Source of the DNA: Octopus sinensis
Taxonomy: Eukaryota
Assembly (NCBI RefSeq): GCF_006345805.1
Contig: NC_043008.1
Location: forward strand, 8,742,001 to 8,806,000
Direction: 5' to 3'
DNA: 64,000 nucleotides
Positions 1 to 13,692 of this stretch are shown in pieces. The notes under the pieces were generated by a model that saw only the letters and a program-made list of their open reading frames with translations, did no database searches and was not told the origin of the DNA. How positions within the stretch are numbered: the stretch's first letter is position 1; each line of letters begins with the position of its first letter. The position numbers and the translations under genes are program-made.

Positions 1-240
1 TAATGAAAGGTGTTGCACTCGAAAGGGATCTTGTGAAAGTGAGATTTTTGTCTGAGACTGTTACAAGATTGAATTACCTATAACTCGACAGAAATGTCAA
101 AAATATTAAATTTTTCTTTACAACCTAAAGCAAAGCTTATGCTGTGTTTTATTTTGAGGAGTTCTTCAATAAGTAAATATTTTTTGCGTAAACTAGCGTT
201 GCAAATAGAAATGGCATGAAAGAAATTGTAACATATAAAG

Positions 241-390
241 ACGTTCCATCTACCAAATTCACTCACATGGCTTTGGTCGGACCGTGTCTATATTAGAATA
301 TACCTGCCCAAGGTGCCACGCAGTGGGACTGAACCTGGAACTATGTGTCTGGGAAGCAATCTTCTTACCACACAGCTACGCTTGTACCTA
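241..390 (-). mobile_element. SINE family A (tRNA-derived, CORE-like), 5' head fragment
   Basis: The reverse complement matches the head of the full copies at 32197, 43822 and 56279 (gctgtgtggtaag...ttcagtcccactgcgtggcaccttgggcagg...gtgagtgaatttggtag). Confidence 0.85.
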
Positions 391-1236
391 TCTTGAAAAT
401 ATTTTTTTTTTACTTTGTGACTCATGTTATGTTGAAACCAATGCAGTTGGGAATAACTCAACCGATCTGCCACAAAAACGAAGTCCAACATCTCTGTATA
501 TATGAATATTCGTATGTATGTTTGCATGCATTTATGCATATATATCTATGTATGTATGTTTGTATCGTACAATGATGCTAGAGGTGCATTGTCATCATTC
601 TCATATACACTGAGTAATATAGCCACACAAGCCGAAGAAAGCTCTAGAATTGGAGACAAGTTACAATTTATTTTGAATTCTTCAGCAGTTCTCAGTAAAA
701 TAATGCTTCTTCGTAGGCATTCGACCTTTCTACATGGAATTAATAGTCTATATAATGTTATATATTGAACTTCTATCTCAGGCACTCAAGAACGAAGTCA
801 CACATAGGAACATACATGCACACGTAGGAACATACATGTGCAGATACAGAAATATACATATACACTCATACACAGACATACACTCACATATAGATAGTTA
901 GATAGTCATTAATTCGAAGTAAAAATGAAGGTCCATCACGTATTCTACTAATCATAATTGAGAAGGGCCTCTGTTACACGATTTCACGCGGTGAAAAACG
1001 GTAGGAAGGAACTGTGAGTAGTGACAGAGGTAGGAGAATAATTTTTTCCTGATTGAATTACTCGTACAAACTAATTTTATCTCGTTTATTTAAATGCATG
1101 CATAAAAAAGTGTTTCCGCGCACACATGGGAATATAAATATTGGCAAAAATATTCATACATGCAAACAGACAAAAACATACTCACACACAAACACATATG
1201 TCTATATATTTATGTGTGTGTGACATGTATATATGC

Positions 1237-1269
<33 letters not shown>

Positions 1270-1321
1270 TCAGTTATAAAAAAGAAATTTGAAAACGACA
1301 CTATATAAGATAAATTTTAAT

Positions 1322-1441
1322 TTTTTAGAGATTTTACATGTTTCGGTTCTTCTCGAAAAAATGAAACTTAACTTTCTAAACAAATTTTGATAAGGTTCAT
1401 TTTTTCAAGAAGAACCGAAACATGTAAAATCTCGAAGAAAA
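1322..1441 (+). repeat. Fold-back element (43-bp arms, 20-nt loop) flanked by TA runs, with a minimal hammerhead-ribozyme-like motif at 1387-1433
   Basis: 1328-1370 is the reverse complement of 1391-1433 with 2 mismatches. The + strand reads TTGATAA-GGTTC..GAACC-GAAA-CATG-TA. Confidence 0.75.
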
Positions 1442-2989
1442 TTATATATATATATTATTCATATTATTGTGTGTGTGCGTGTGTGTATGTATGCGTGCAT
1501 GTATGGTGTATTTATAAAATAATTTATGTATTTAACACGTTCTTATCGGTAATAGTACATATTGGACCACAGTCATATATATATATATATATATATATTC
1601 CTGCCAAAACCTTGTCTCCCTATACAGCTTACATACTGATTATAACAAAATGGGATGCGGATAATAGCCTCAACTATTTCTACGTGTCCACCTCAGTGTT
1701 GAATTCTTCCTACTTCTAAAACTCTCCTATGTTTAATATTACTTGTACATTCTCTCCTATCTAATAATGATTTGTCTTTCATTGAAATGTTACCATAAAA
1801 CGTAGGTCTAATCAGAATAATAAAACAATTTGTGGCTAAAATTTCCGTGACTAGAAACGGTTCCATTAAATCTATTCATTCTGATATAATACCGTAAGAA
1901 GACTTCAATTGAGATATCGACACACGCATTATGTAATAATACATTACGATACCAGCGAGGATTCGAAAATATATTCTAAAGAGTTATTCTGCTATAAACC
2001 TAAAATGGCATCCATATTCATAGTTTTATACGTCATTGTAAAGTAGTGTGTTATATCACTCTCATGATTGCATTAGTTCTTTTCCACACTTACTCTGCGA
2101 TAACAAAGAAGGACTGTGTTCGCTCTTGGGAGGTAGTGTACATATTTGCACAGTAATATATTTACGATAGTATCAATGATTTGATTCAACATCTTTCTAT
2201 AACACTAAAAGGGCACTCGGCATTTATAGGAATGATTTACGACATGTTACTAAGTGTTCCAATAATACTTAGAAATAGATAATACTCCAGTTGAATGAAG
2301 CAATTAGTGTCTTAAAACCATAAAAAAGCAACGAATAAAACATGTCATTATCAAACGAACATAAATACGCACACCATTACACGTACGCCCAATAATACGC
2401 ACACCATAACACGTACACAAATACATACACATGTGCACATGTATAGAAGCATACATGTATACCTGCAGTATATACAAAAGACATGAAAAATACAAATTGA
2501 AGTAAACTCAACGTTTTAAGGTAAAAAAAAAGGTAAATAAAATAATCGAAAAATCCGTAAGAAACTATTATTCATGCAAAGCCAAGCGAAAACGCACAAA
2601 ACACAAAGGGAAATTTATAACAAAAACAAACGATTCAATAAAATCGAAACCAAGAAATAAACTTGAGCAATTTATTCCATTAAAGCATTGGTAAAGTGGT
2701 TGGAGAAAGAAACCGAGTGACTTTAGAATCCTTGTGGTTTGAAACGCAGCTGTTTGAGATTTTAAATAAAAAATTTTATTAATGTGTTGCGTTTATTATC
2801 ATTTCTTTTATTAGTATTAGTATTAGTATTATCACTAGTATTATTACTATTTATTAAATACTCATTATTCTGTTGTTTTTTTTATTTATTGTAATATCAT
2901 TACTATATTGATTAAACTTATTACTACCGTAAAAGTTTTAGTACTATTATAAAACTGTTATTAGTACTGTTTGTTTTTGTTACTGTTGT

Positions 2990-2991
<2 letters not shown>

Positions 2992-3021
<30 letters not shown>

Positions 3022-3045
3022 ACGATGACGATGATGATGATGGTG
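2992..3045. repeat. (GAT)n microsatellite
   Basis: Directly visible gatgatgat array with gac variants. Confidence 0.95.
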
Positions 3046-3259
3046 TTGTTTTTTTTGTTTTTGTTGTTGCTACTATCATTTATTTGATTTGGAACTTTGG
3101 ATTTTTCGGAAATCTACAGCTCTTAACGTCAAACATGTAATGGTTGTGTTGGAGAAAAAGTGACAATTTCCTTCCAATTAAAATGTTGAAGAAAACAAAC
3201 ATACAAGTACATCTCCTCCGTTATTGCTATTGATTTCCTTAGTTGATAGTCTGTCTTTA

Positions 3260-4298
3260 TGCATGTATGTACGTATGTATGAATGTATGTATGTATGTAT
3301 GTATGTATTCATTATGTATGTATCTGTGTATGTATATGTCTATATTTACTTCTACATACATACATATATATATATATCTATATATATATACATATGTATG
3401 TATGTATGTATGTATATATATATAATTCTACACGCACGCAAACTCACATATATATATGTGTATGTATGTATATATATATATATAATTCTACACGCACACA
3501 CACTCATATATATATATATATACATATATATATGAATACAGACACAAACAGGCAAGAGGTATATAGAGGCACATACACGAATGAATAATATGAATCAAAA
3601 AAGAATGTCATAGTTAAGACAACTGTTTCAAAAGTGATGTTTGAAAAAGGTATTAAAAGAAAAAGTAACTTTCACATAGAGTACACGAATATTAGCACCA
3701 ATTCAAACCAGAACACACGTGCATTAACACACGCATAGCAGAAACGCGCGGGCTCCCACGCCATTACTTACACACAGACACGCACAGTAACATACCGGTA
3801 TTTTTGTGTGTATATCCATGTATATATATATATATGTATATATATTAAATGTATGTATACATTCATGTGTGTGTATTATATTGGTATTATCAATGTATGT
3901 GCGTAGGCAATGTAAGTGCTTATGAGGACTAAAATGGAAATACATGTCTTAAATTCTTAAATAAAAACGAGCCAAAATGTGAAAGAAAAACCAAATGCTA
4001 ATCAAGTTGAAATTTAAATTAAATAGACAGCTTTATCTATGAGAGTCATCACTTAATTGATTATAGTCTGTTGTTCTTCCATATATATCCGAGATAGATA
4101 TAAATGTGTGCGTGTGTTTGTGTTTTAGTGTTTCGCTTATTGACTGGTAGTTTTGTGTGAATTTTAAGATCAGAGTGCTTGCATCGACACATATTGGTAT
4201 AAACGTATATACTTACAAGTACACACACTCACACATATACAAACACACAGACACAAACACACACACACACATGATATATATACATATATACATATATA

Positions 4299-4333
<35 letters not shown>

Positions 4334-4548
4334 ATATTACATGCATATGCGTGTAAACATATATATACACGCACACGCAAGCAGTATTTTATATGTATAA
4401 ATATATGAGTTCATGTATGTATATATATATGTGTATATATAATATATATATATATATGTATACATATATATATATATATACGTATATATGTATATATATA
4501 TATATATATATACTTATTATATATTATATACTTATACATATGTGCATA

Positions 4549-4617
<69 letters not shown>

Positions 4618-5688
4618 CTTACATGCATACTACATATATATGTGTGTGTGTGAGTGTGCGCGTATAGATACATATATATGCGCTCGCGTGTACGTTGGTA
4701 TGTATGTTCGCTGGTCTGTATTTTTGTTTTTGTAATTTTATTATATGAAATATTGTGTATTTGGGTGTGTAAATCACAGTTAAGCATCCAATCACTTACA
4801 CATGAAAATACTTCATCACCCAAACGTAGATTATGAACGAATGTGTATGCGTTGATTAATATATACAGATACCTACATAGATAAGTATGTACATAATTAT
4901 ATATATGTGTGGCACTGTTTGTGCGTGTGTGTCTATGCATGTCTACATACACTCACACATACATACACACTCGCACATACATACACACTCACACGTACAT
5001 ATTATATTGACATACACGTGTGTATATGTATTTCTATGTGTAAGTATGTACCTGTGAGTACATTACTAATAGGTCTGTACCACATGAAGTATATTGAAAT
5101 AATTACATAGGTATATGTTTATTTCATATGTATTTTAATATATATTTATTATATATATTTAATGATATGTCTGTTTGTCAAATGAAGTGTATTGAAGTAA
5201 TTTACATATGATCGAGAAGAAAAGTGTGTATGTATGTGTAGGTATATATTTTTATATATGTAAGCTGAAATACAGAGGTTTTATATACACATATGTGTGT
5301 GTGATTGTGAATTGATAGACAAGTGCATGTATGTATATACATATATATACATACACACGCATACCGAAAGAAACGTATGTATGCCTGCATAAACACATGG
5401 ATGAATGCACAATAAATACACGCCATTAACGGTCCTTGCTTTCCTTTCGGACGATATCCTTTCGCAGTAGATGCAACGTTTATTGTATTCACTAGTGGCT
5501 AGTTTCGATTTAAAAAGAAAACAAAAACCTTGCTTTCCGACTGGGCAGAAATATCCCTGTTAAAGGTAGTTGTTATGTGCCATGTCTAACTGATGGAAAT
5601 TGTATGTATACCCACTTTCTCTGTACGTTTATATATATAAAAACACACAGATATATACATGCATGTGTGTATATATGTATGTATATAC

Positions 5689-5761
<73 letters not shown>

Positions 5762-5800
5762 ATATATATATATTATATATATATATATATTATAAATCTA
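3260..5800. repeat. Cluster of compound (TA)n/(CA)n/(TATG)n microsatellites
   Basis: Long dinucleotide and tetranucleotide tracts at about 3270-3530, 4260-4680 and 5640-5790. They explain the YI/CV-rich pseudo-ORFs. Confidence 0.95.
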
Positions 5801-6003
5801 AAGCGCAATTATGTATAGGTGAATATCACAGATCCATATACTCATTTTAAGTATCCTTAAAGGTTTGCATGAGTGAATGAATATATATATATATATATAT
5901 GTACATCTGTGATATTCGCCTATACATAATTGCGCTTTAGATTTTTATGATTTTAAACATATTTACTATGTAGTTACGTTTATATACCCAAGTATGTCTC
6001 TCT

Positions 6004-6039
<36 letters not shown>

Positions 6040-6979
6040 AATCTCTCTTATAAATACACTTATAAATACACGTATATATATATAGACATATGTGTATTTC
6101 TACACTTACACATATTACTCATACACTCACACTCATATATATATTAATGTGTATTTATGGTATATGTGGATGCAGAATTATATACGTTACTCAGTTCATA
6201 AAAGAACTGGTGCGTATACGCATACATCATTACACATTGCGCGTGAATGTGTGTTTGTATGTATGTCTGGTGTGTAAATTTTAATAAACGTTTCCTAACT
6301 ATAATTTGACGTGTCTAATGTGTGTAGGCTGTATTCGGGGTTTTTTTTTCTTGTTGTTGCTTTTAGTTAAACTAAGCATTCTTAATTGTTAAGAGGTTTT
6401 CATTTTAAGTTATTTCTTTTAATTGAATGGAGATCAGAGGGAATTAAAGTAAAAATTGTTAGAATAGACAGATTTAATTGAACAATGAAGGATGGACGAA
6501 ATGTAGTCAGCTGTAGTTCATTAAGTTTTCGTTTACAAACAACAGCTTTTCCATGAACTACAAAAACAAAATCAGAGTCAGAACAAACTATCGATGTGAA
6601 AACAATTTAAGCGGCGACAAGAAATATATCAAAATGCTTTCAGTCAAGTGTTATGATTAAAATAATGTAACAGACCATGGAATAAATGGATATATTCTAC
6701 ATAACAATCTATATATTAAATTGAAAATAAATTTGGGGTAATAACATATTCAGAGAACATACGGGAGCGAAATGCGAAGTATCGCGATCTCGACCAAATT
6801 GTTTTAGAACTAAGCTAAATGTATTTTGTTATGAAGAATTAATATCATACTTTTGACGTCAAGTTTATTATCGCGTTATCTTTGAAAATAGATGGCGTTT
6901 AAACTTGTACATACATTTCCTTTTTGTATATGCATAGATATATACATACATACATACATACATATATACATACATATAT

Positions 6980-7063
<84 letters not shown>

Positions 7064-8399
7064 AGGAGGGAGATTAAGAGAAAGTAAAAGGAAAGCAAGG
7101 GAGATACTAAATTTATTTATGACTGTAAAAGTGTGAGAGTTCTTTTATGTGGCGCGGTTATTGTTAATTACCTTTAGGTCAAACTTGATCAATTAAATCT
7201 ATGATCAAAGTTCTATCTCGTGTTTCTTTTCAGACGCAATGTGTTTAAATCTACTTTATCTAAGTTTCTTTCTGTGTGTTGTATGTGTTCGTACCTCAAC
7301 CATAAAATTCGAACTAAGGTTTCAATAGGTTATTAGCCATCCATTTCTGTGATTTCGAAATAGATTTACTCCATTTTGTATGAGTGTACTACGTATTGAT
7401 ATATGTTTATGAATAGGCATTTCCCTTATTTTGTATGATTATCAGGCTTACCCGCTCAACCGACAACAAACTCCTCTACATAAAGTTTGTAAGCGACCCG
7501 AGCGAAAGAGAACTGAATAGAGTTCTTTTATCCGAATGTCCACATACACGATGAAGGACGTTATTAATTTATTTCTTTGTATTTTCCTTATTATATAATG
7601 TACACATGCATAATCTACACACTCAACCACCCAGCAACTAATTTAAATAACGGACATCTTGCTATCAATATTTGTCTCATTCGACATGTCTCCAGAAACA
7701 GATTACGACTAGAGATTACGAGGGGTTAATTTCAACAGTTGGTGTACAACCCTATCTCAAGAAAATTACTTTGTACCTTCCTGCTGGAAAAAAGTGTAAT
7801 ATGACCTCATGATTAAGTAACTGTCAAGTACCAATCATATTGGTGGTAAATATTTGTGTGAGAATAAATTTATCATTTAATTACTGTTAATACATCACTG
7901 GCTTCCAGATTAATTTAACAATTAAACTAAGGTATAATTTAGATTTCTGTCTTCGATATTCGTTATTTTGTATTCCAAAGGTTGAGTTGGTTGGTTACTG
8001 ATGATCATTTTGCTGCAGTTAGTTTCTGTGTTTGGCACTTCTTCCATTTATAGTTTATTGCCAATCTATCAGATCTTAGATTTTATCAGCACTCGTTCAA
8101 TAGAAATTTTGAAGATTTATCGAGATATATTCCTGCAAATATATTCACATATTTTACAACACAAAGCTCATGTCAGTTGAATCACACTGTAATATATGAT
8201 CTCTAAGTACAATAGAATTCTCACTAATATATATTTTTCTAGAAAAGGTCGAGGTCTTACACAGCAAGTGCCAATGCCAAAATTAATAAATTTCTTTACC
8301 GGAACCTAAAGAGAATTTGGTTTTGTAATGTAATATTTGGAAACCTCCATATAAAACTAATTCTGATTGACTCCATAGTACATTGAAAGAATATAAAGC

Positions 8400-9950
8400 A
8401 GAGATTTGGGAATTCAAATTCATAAGACATAACCTCATTCAGTCAATGTCGCTTCTTTTCCTGTTTTAACCTTGAGAGAAAATTATTTCCTCGAGATCAA
8501 ATTACATCTAGCTTTTTCAAAGACACCAGCAGAAACAGATATTCAATATTTGATACAATCTTTTGATGTCTGACATTATTTGTTTCATGGTTGTACGAAA
8601 TAAATATGTTTTCTTGCATTGTAGTTTATTACTAGATATAATTTGTCTTGAAGCATGAGTTTTCGTTATTTTAACGAGATGAAACGCATCACACGTCGAC
8701 AAAAGAAAATATATATAGTTGATATAAAGGATTACAGATAATGTTTATGATGAAGTTTTTATTGGAAAAGATGTCAGTTAGATGCAGATAGGAAAACTTA
8801 TTTTGAAAAGATATAATATGCTTCTCATAATTATAGCAAGTAACTGCATAGATTTAAGGATTATAGGATTTGATAAGTCATAAGCAAAACGTGAATATTT
8901 CAGCAATTCTTAAGATCAAATATCGTGTATAATCCTAATGAATATTAATAGAAGCTTACCAAGACAATACGTGTAATGAATGAAAATACTGTGAGAAATA
9001 ACCCGAAACAAGCTAAAATAAAGAAAGGTAACACATAATATATAATTCTGATAAAAATTACTGATTTACGTTGATAAGCACTGTAAAGTACAAATCAAAC
9101 CAAGAATCAAATCGATTGGCACATATTTCGCTATATACTTCAATATGGTTAATATTTTGTTACTTTTTATGTCTTTGTTCCAAAGACATCGGGTACAAAC
9201 TTCAAAAACCTTTATACAACGAACAAATCGATATGTTAGATCCCTGATTGGAAGGTATGTTAGCTAGTTGATTAATAGCTAGATTGTTAAGGCAAATGAA
9301 ATATAAGCAGATTTTTATAGAAATATCCCTGCATTAAAGGGACATCATTTTCCTTCTAAGCCGACGTCGGGGATGCAAAAGACTGGCAGCTAATTTAGTT
9401 TGGTTAAATTAACTATGCAGTACACCTACTCAGCAGTTACGACGCAATTACTGAATTCATAAGTCAACGGTGAATGGCTGACAAAAAGAGAACCCAATTA
9501 TACATTTTTACTAGGTTGAGCAATCTAGTATTAATAGCCTCCATAGATCTTTAGATATGGTTACATTTTCCAGCAATGGCACCAGTTTGCATTGCCGTAT
9601 TTTTCAAGTAGCGAATGCTTTCAAGCGTTCGGTATAGTAACCAAATGTTGGCACTAACATCGGTCTGTAAAAAGCATTTGAATTAATGCCTTTTGCTTTT
9701 ATTTCAGTACCTTCTAAAGTAAGCTGAAATTTATTTGTCACTTTAGCTTTATTCACAGAACGAACGTCTGCAGTGTTGCCATAGATTCCGAGATACGTGT
9801 AGCCTTTACTTTTGGTTACAGGAAATATAGACCGGCCATTGAGAGTCACGCTCCTTGTCTGATCAACAATTTTGTATCGATTAATTACCAAATATGAACA
9901 CTTGAGATGAAACTCCTTTTCTATCTACAATGAAGATATCTTTGTGTCCT
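8400..9950 (-). mobile_element. Decayed RLE-type (R4/Dong-like) non-LTR retrotransposon, RT thumb to endonuclease region
   Basis: Minus-strand translations EKEFHLKCSYLVINRYKIV, YTYLGIY and GINSNAFYRPMLVPTFG resemble the FGLDKC..I.RGK / Y.YLG / NK..A.N.FA.P.L.PTFG pattern of these elements. Many stops and frameshifts; boundaries approximate. Confidence 0.7.
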
Positions 9951-10499
9951 AATTATTACTCAAATACAACTTAAGATTATGACAAAACGGAAATTAATAA
10001 CATTAATTATCCCTCTGATAATTATAACGTATAATGAATGCAATACAAACAAACCCCCATGCGTAAATTTCTCCCGTCTACCTGTAGTGTAAATGCTTCT
10101 GTTCTGACAAGAGTTATAAAAGTGGTTTTGCAATTGCTCAACTATAGTGATTGAAACTTCGGCAAGATGCAGCGACTCCATGAGAGGAAGAAAGTGTCAA
10201 CTTATTACAGGCTATCAGCAGATTTCGGCGATAGTGCTTACTGCATTTAGAATAGGTTCATTCATAGAAGACAGTTCCAATCCTTCATCATTATTCGTTT
10301 CTAGTTCGTTTTGCCCTGCAGTAGTCCCGGAGGAACATACTCAGGTAACAAGTATAGCCATAATAATCAATCACGTGGCGCTGTGGGTTATTTTCAACAC
10401 ATGTCTCCTGATAATATATCACAAGTTTTAATCCTGTTACACAGGGAATTCGCTTGATTTTAACGGATTCAAGAGAACTTTAATATATGTACATACAAT

Positions 10500-11500
10500 G
10501 TATACTTGTTTATAGGATTATCCAAATATCAGTTCTCTTTTGTGATATTTCATTCAGTATGTTGGCAGTAGCTTGCAGAAATATTCTACTGTGAACTATT
10601 ATTTTAGCGTACAAGATTTACATAGATGTCGCTCCGTAATAAATTACTATCTGGAGAATGCGAAGCAGACTGCTCCGCTTATTTGTTTTTTGTTTTTGTT
10701 TTTTACTGGAAAACCGAGGGTCTTTCTTGTTATGTAGGCTAGTGTAACTATGATAATACGAACAACTTAGGATATCAGAGTTGTTCTTTTCGCCTCAATT
10801 CTCTATAGCTGTTCTTTTCCCTAATGTTTTTCATGAATACTCACATCGGCTGGGAATTGATTCTTGCAACGGTGCTCGGCTTTTGCTCTCTGTCCCATAA
10901 AACTATATCTGTTATAATTACACAGGGTTGATATTTTTTTATTGCTGGGTTCTCTTATCATGTGATACCATTTATTTAGCAGTGCTGACAGGAGATTCGC
11001 TGCTTGAACGAAAAACATTACATATAGCCCATCACTCTGCAGTACCCATTTGGGATTTTAATTCAAATCTGTGACTAACGTGATAGCTTCAGTTCTCAGC
11101 GATACATATTTGGAACAAGATATTAACCTCTTAATAGTATTGAGTATAGGAAATGAAGGCTATGCATGGCGTAGGCCCTCTATTATTCATGAGTGAGGAC
11201 TCCTTATCGTCTAGCCATAGAGTGAACAGGCTTCGGCTGCATCGCATCTTTAAGCATTACTTGCTGATGAGTTGTTCAGCTCTGCCTCAAGACACCTTCC
11301 CTTCTTTCAGCCTGCTCTTCAATCACTATGCTGTGTGTTTCGCACTGATTCTAGATCTAAGCATACAAATAACTTGTGTATGATTTTTACATCACGTTCA
11401 AACCCGCTTTTACCACATTTCTCCTCATGTTTAGCTATTAGTGTTGCACATGCAGCTGTCAATTACTATCATACATCAATCACGGCATCCATTGTACTTC
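10500..11500 (-). mobile_element. Decayed RLE-type LINE, RT core fragment
   Basis: Minus-strand LFTLWLDDK, PHS*IIEGLRHA and DGLYV/MFFVQAANLLSALLNK resemble the RT motifs WLDYKKAFDSVPHSWI and QGD.LS..LF.L..NPLS.LLN. Confidence 0.65.
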
Positions 11501-11522
11501 AGAATAAATTAAAGAGGCTTTA

Positions 11523-11912
11523 CTTCTTTTTTTTTCAGTCATTTGACTGCGAACATGCTGGAGCACCGCCTTTAGTCGAGCAAATCGATCCCAGGACTTA
11601 ATCTTTGTAAGCCTGGTACTTATTCTATCGGTCTTTTTTGCCGAACCGCTAAGTTACGGGGACGTAAACACATCACCATCTGTTGACAAGCGATGCTGGA
11701 GGGACGAACACAAACACAAGCATACACACACATATATATATATACGTCTATACGACATCCTTCTTTCAGTTTCTGTCTGCCAAATCCACTCACAAGGCTT
11801 TGGTCGGCCCGAGGGTATAGTAGAAGGCACATGGCCAAGGTTCCACGCAGTGAGAATGAACCCGGAACCATGTGGTTGGTAAGCAAGCTACGTACCACAC
11901 AGCCACTCCTGC
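11523..11912 (-). mobile_element. SINE family A, full length
   Basis: tRNA-like head, ccttgg-caag CORE-like block, internal (TA)(TG) microsatellite and the tail ggcggtgctccagcatg...caaatgactgaa are all present on the minus strand. Confidence 0.95.
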
Positions 11913-11949
11913 TTTCATGTAGAATATGAACTTTCTATACCAACAACTG

Positions 11950-12600
11950 ACTTTCAGGTGTCTCCCACATGATTTCCCGTTTGGATGTATTGTAACAACC
12001 ATCAGGAGAGGTTCACGGATGACATTATAAGTTTTGGGGGAAGACGATCGGACAGTTTTCCTTCCGTAGTTCAGTTGATCCCTTTGGGTAAGTGTTGTGT
12101 TGTTTCTTTATATACTGGGTCTCTCCTCAAAATGACAAAATAGGGGTATTCACAACAGTGAAAGTATAACCTGTAATACTCTATCTATGGGTCCGGCGTA
12201 AACTTGTGAGTGATGTAATTTTCTTATCGAAAATACTTTTATAACAATGCTGTTCATTCGGCAATCGCAGTTCGTGTAGAAGGAAATTACCTTTCTCGTT
12301 AATATTTGTTGTCGACAGTGTTTACACATATTAGATAATCTATCATAAACTTGCTGATGGGGACTTGTAATTGTTTTATTCATTTTTCAATGATACTGTC
12401 TCGCTGCGCAATACTTTTGCTGAGTCTGACTATAAACTCCTGCAGAGAAGTAACCCATTTCGCTTGCATCTTCTGATTGCCATCGAATTCTCATCTGTTG
12501 GCGAATGGTAATCGCAAAATAGTATAGAACATTCCATGTCCAAACGTTGGAAAATTTCAATCTTAGATATCTGTTCTCCATCCATGTGGACCATCAAGGA
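11950..12600 (-). mobile_element. Decayed LINE apurinic-endonuclease (APE) fragment, RTE-like
   Basis: Minus-strand VWTWNV, IRWQSE..EMGY, SQVYAGP and TIHPNGKS resemble the APE motifs GTWNV, E.RW, QVYAPT and TW.HP. Confidence 0.5.
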
Positions 12601-13307
12601 TAACATCATGCCCCGAGGTAATTACTGGTTATTTGAGAGAGTGAAGATTCATTTAAATCTTACTAAGTGTTCTTTCAGTTGTTTTCACTCGTTAGTTCTG
12701 TTGGTTCCTAACAGATTAAAGCTTGCTCATACAATGGCAACATATTCGTCTCAGTTTTATTGCTATTTCAAAGACTATAGGTCTGTATTATTTACGATAG
12801 TAACAGATAAAGAACCTCTTGGTTTCTTCAAATTTTTATTAACTCTGTGACTCGAATGATGTGCGGGGAAAACACTTTATTTTTCTGTTAGTTTAGTCCT
12901 TCGGCATTGATTTTCAAGTACTTGCATTGTTTTAGATCCCGGTCATTTTTCATAATTACCATGTGACCGATCAATTTCCATGTAGCCGGTTTCCTTTTTT
13001 TGTGGATAAAGATCTTGGTACAATTCAAAGGTTCACTAAAATTTCTCTCGACAAATTCGATAGCTGATCCAAGTCTTCTGTCCAGTCCTGGTGTATATAA
13101 TAGCCATCCAACGTGTTGAATTTCGCTTAATTTTTACCGTTTGACTACTGCTATGATTTTCCACGAAAAAGGTTCTTCGTATTGATCCAAAGAAAATAAA
13201 CAATTCTATCACCAGACTTGCATCAACGGCAAAATTTCTAGAGCTGAGTATTCATTACACAAAAATGAATATCCCCTTATACCGATATCCCTGGTATCGA
13301 TGCTGAA

Positions 13308-13345
<38 letters not shown>

Positions 13346-13362
13346 TATATATATATGTATAT

Positions 13363-13580
13363 AAGAATTGTTTGCATAATGAGATAAAAGACCAAGGCTG
13401 TATAGATATTAGAGCATTTATAGATAGGTCTTACAGCTGTTTCTAGGATATTAATTAATAATATCCCTTCATCGCAGACGATATTATTAATTAATATCCC
13501 AGAAACAGCTGTAAAACCTATCTATAAATGCTCTTACATCTATACAGCCTTGATCTTTTATCTCATTAGGCAAAAAATTC
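13363..13580 (-). repeat. Fold-back element (~105-bp arms) between (TA)n tracts, with a Penelope-type hammerhead-like motif at 13427-13479
   Basis: 13363-13467 and 13480-13580 are near-perfect reverse complements. The minus strand reads GTCT-GCGATGA-A-GGGATATT..AATATCCT-A-GAAA-CAGCTG-TA-AGAC. Confidence 0.8.
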
Positions 13581-13646
13581 CTGACACTTTTGGATCTCAA
13601 TGACACCATTATCTCTTATAACCTCAACTTCTCGCTATATATATAT

Positions 13647-13692
<46 letters not shown>

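Noticed and set aside
6853-6862. CRE palindrome ttgacgtcaa (also an NRF1-like tgcgcatgcgca at 40163-40174)
   Set aside because: Single short motifs are expected by chance in 64 kb, and there is no promoter context.
7234-7489. Possible signal-peptide exons (MCLNLLYLSFFLCV + AYPLNRQQTPLHKV)
   Set aside because: Equally good splice signals exist on the opposite strand and no downstream partner was identified.
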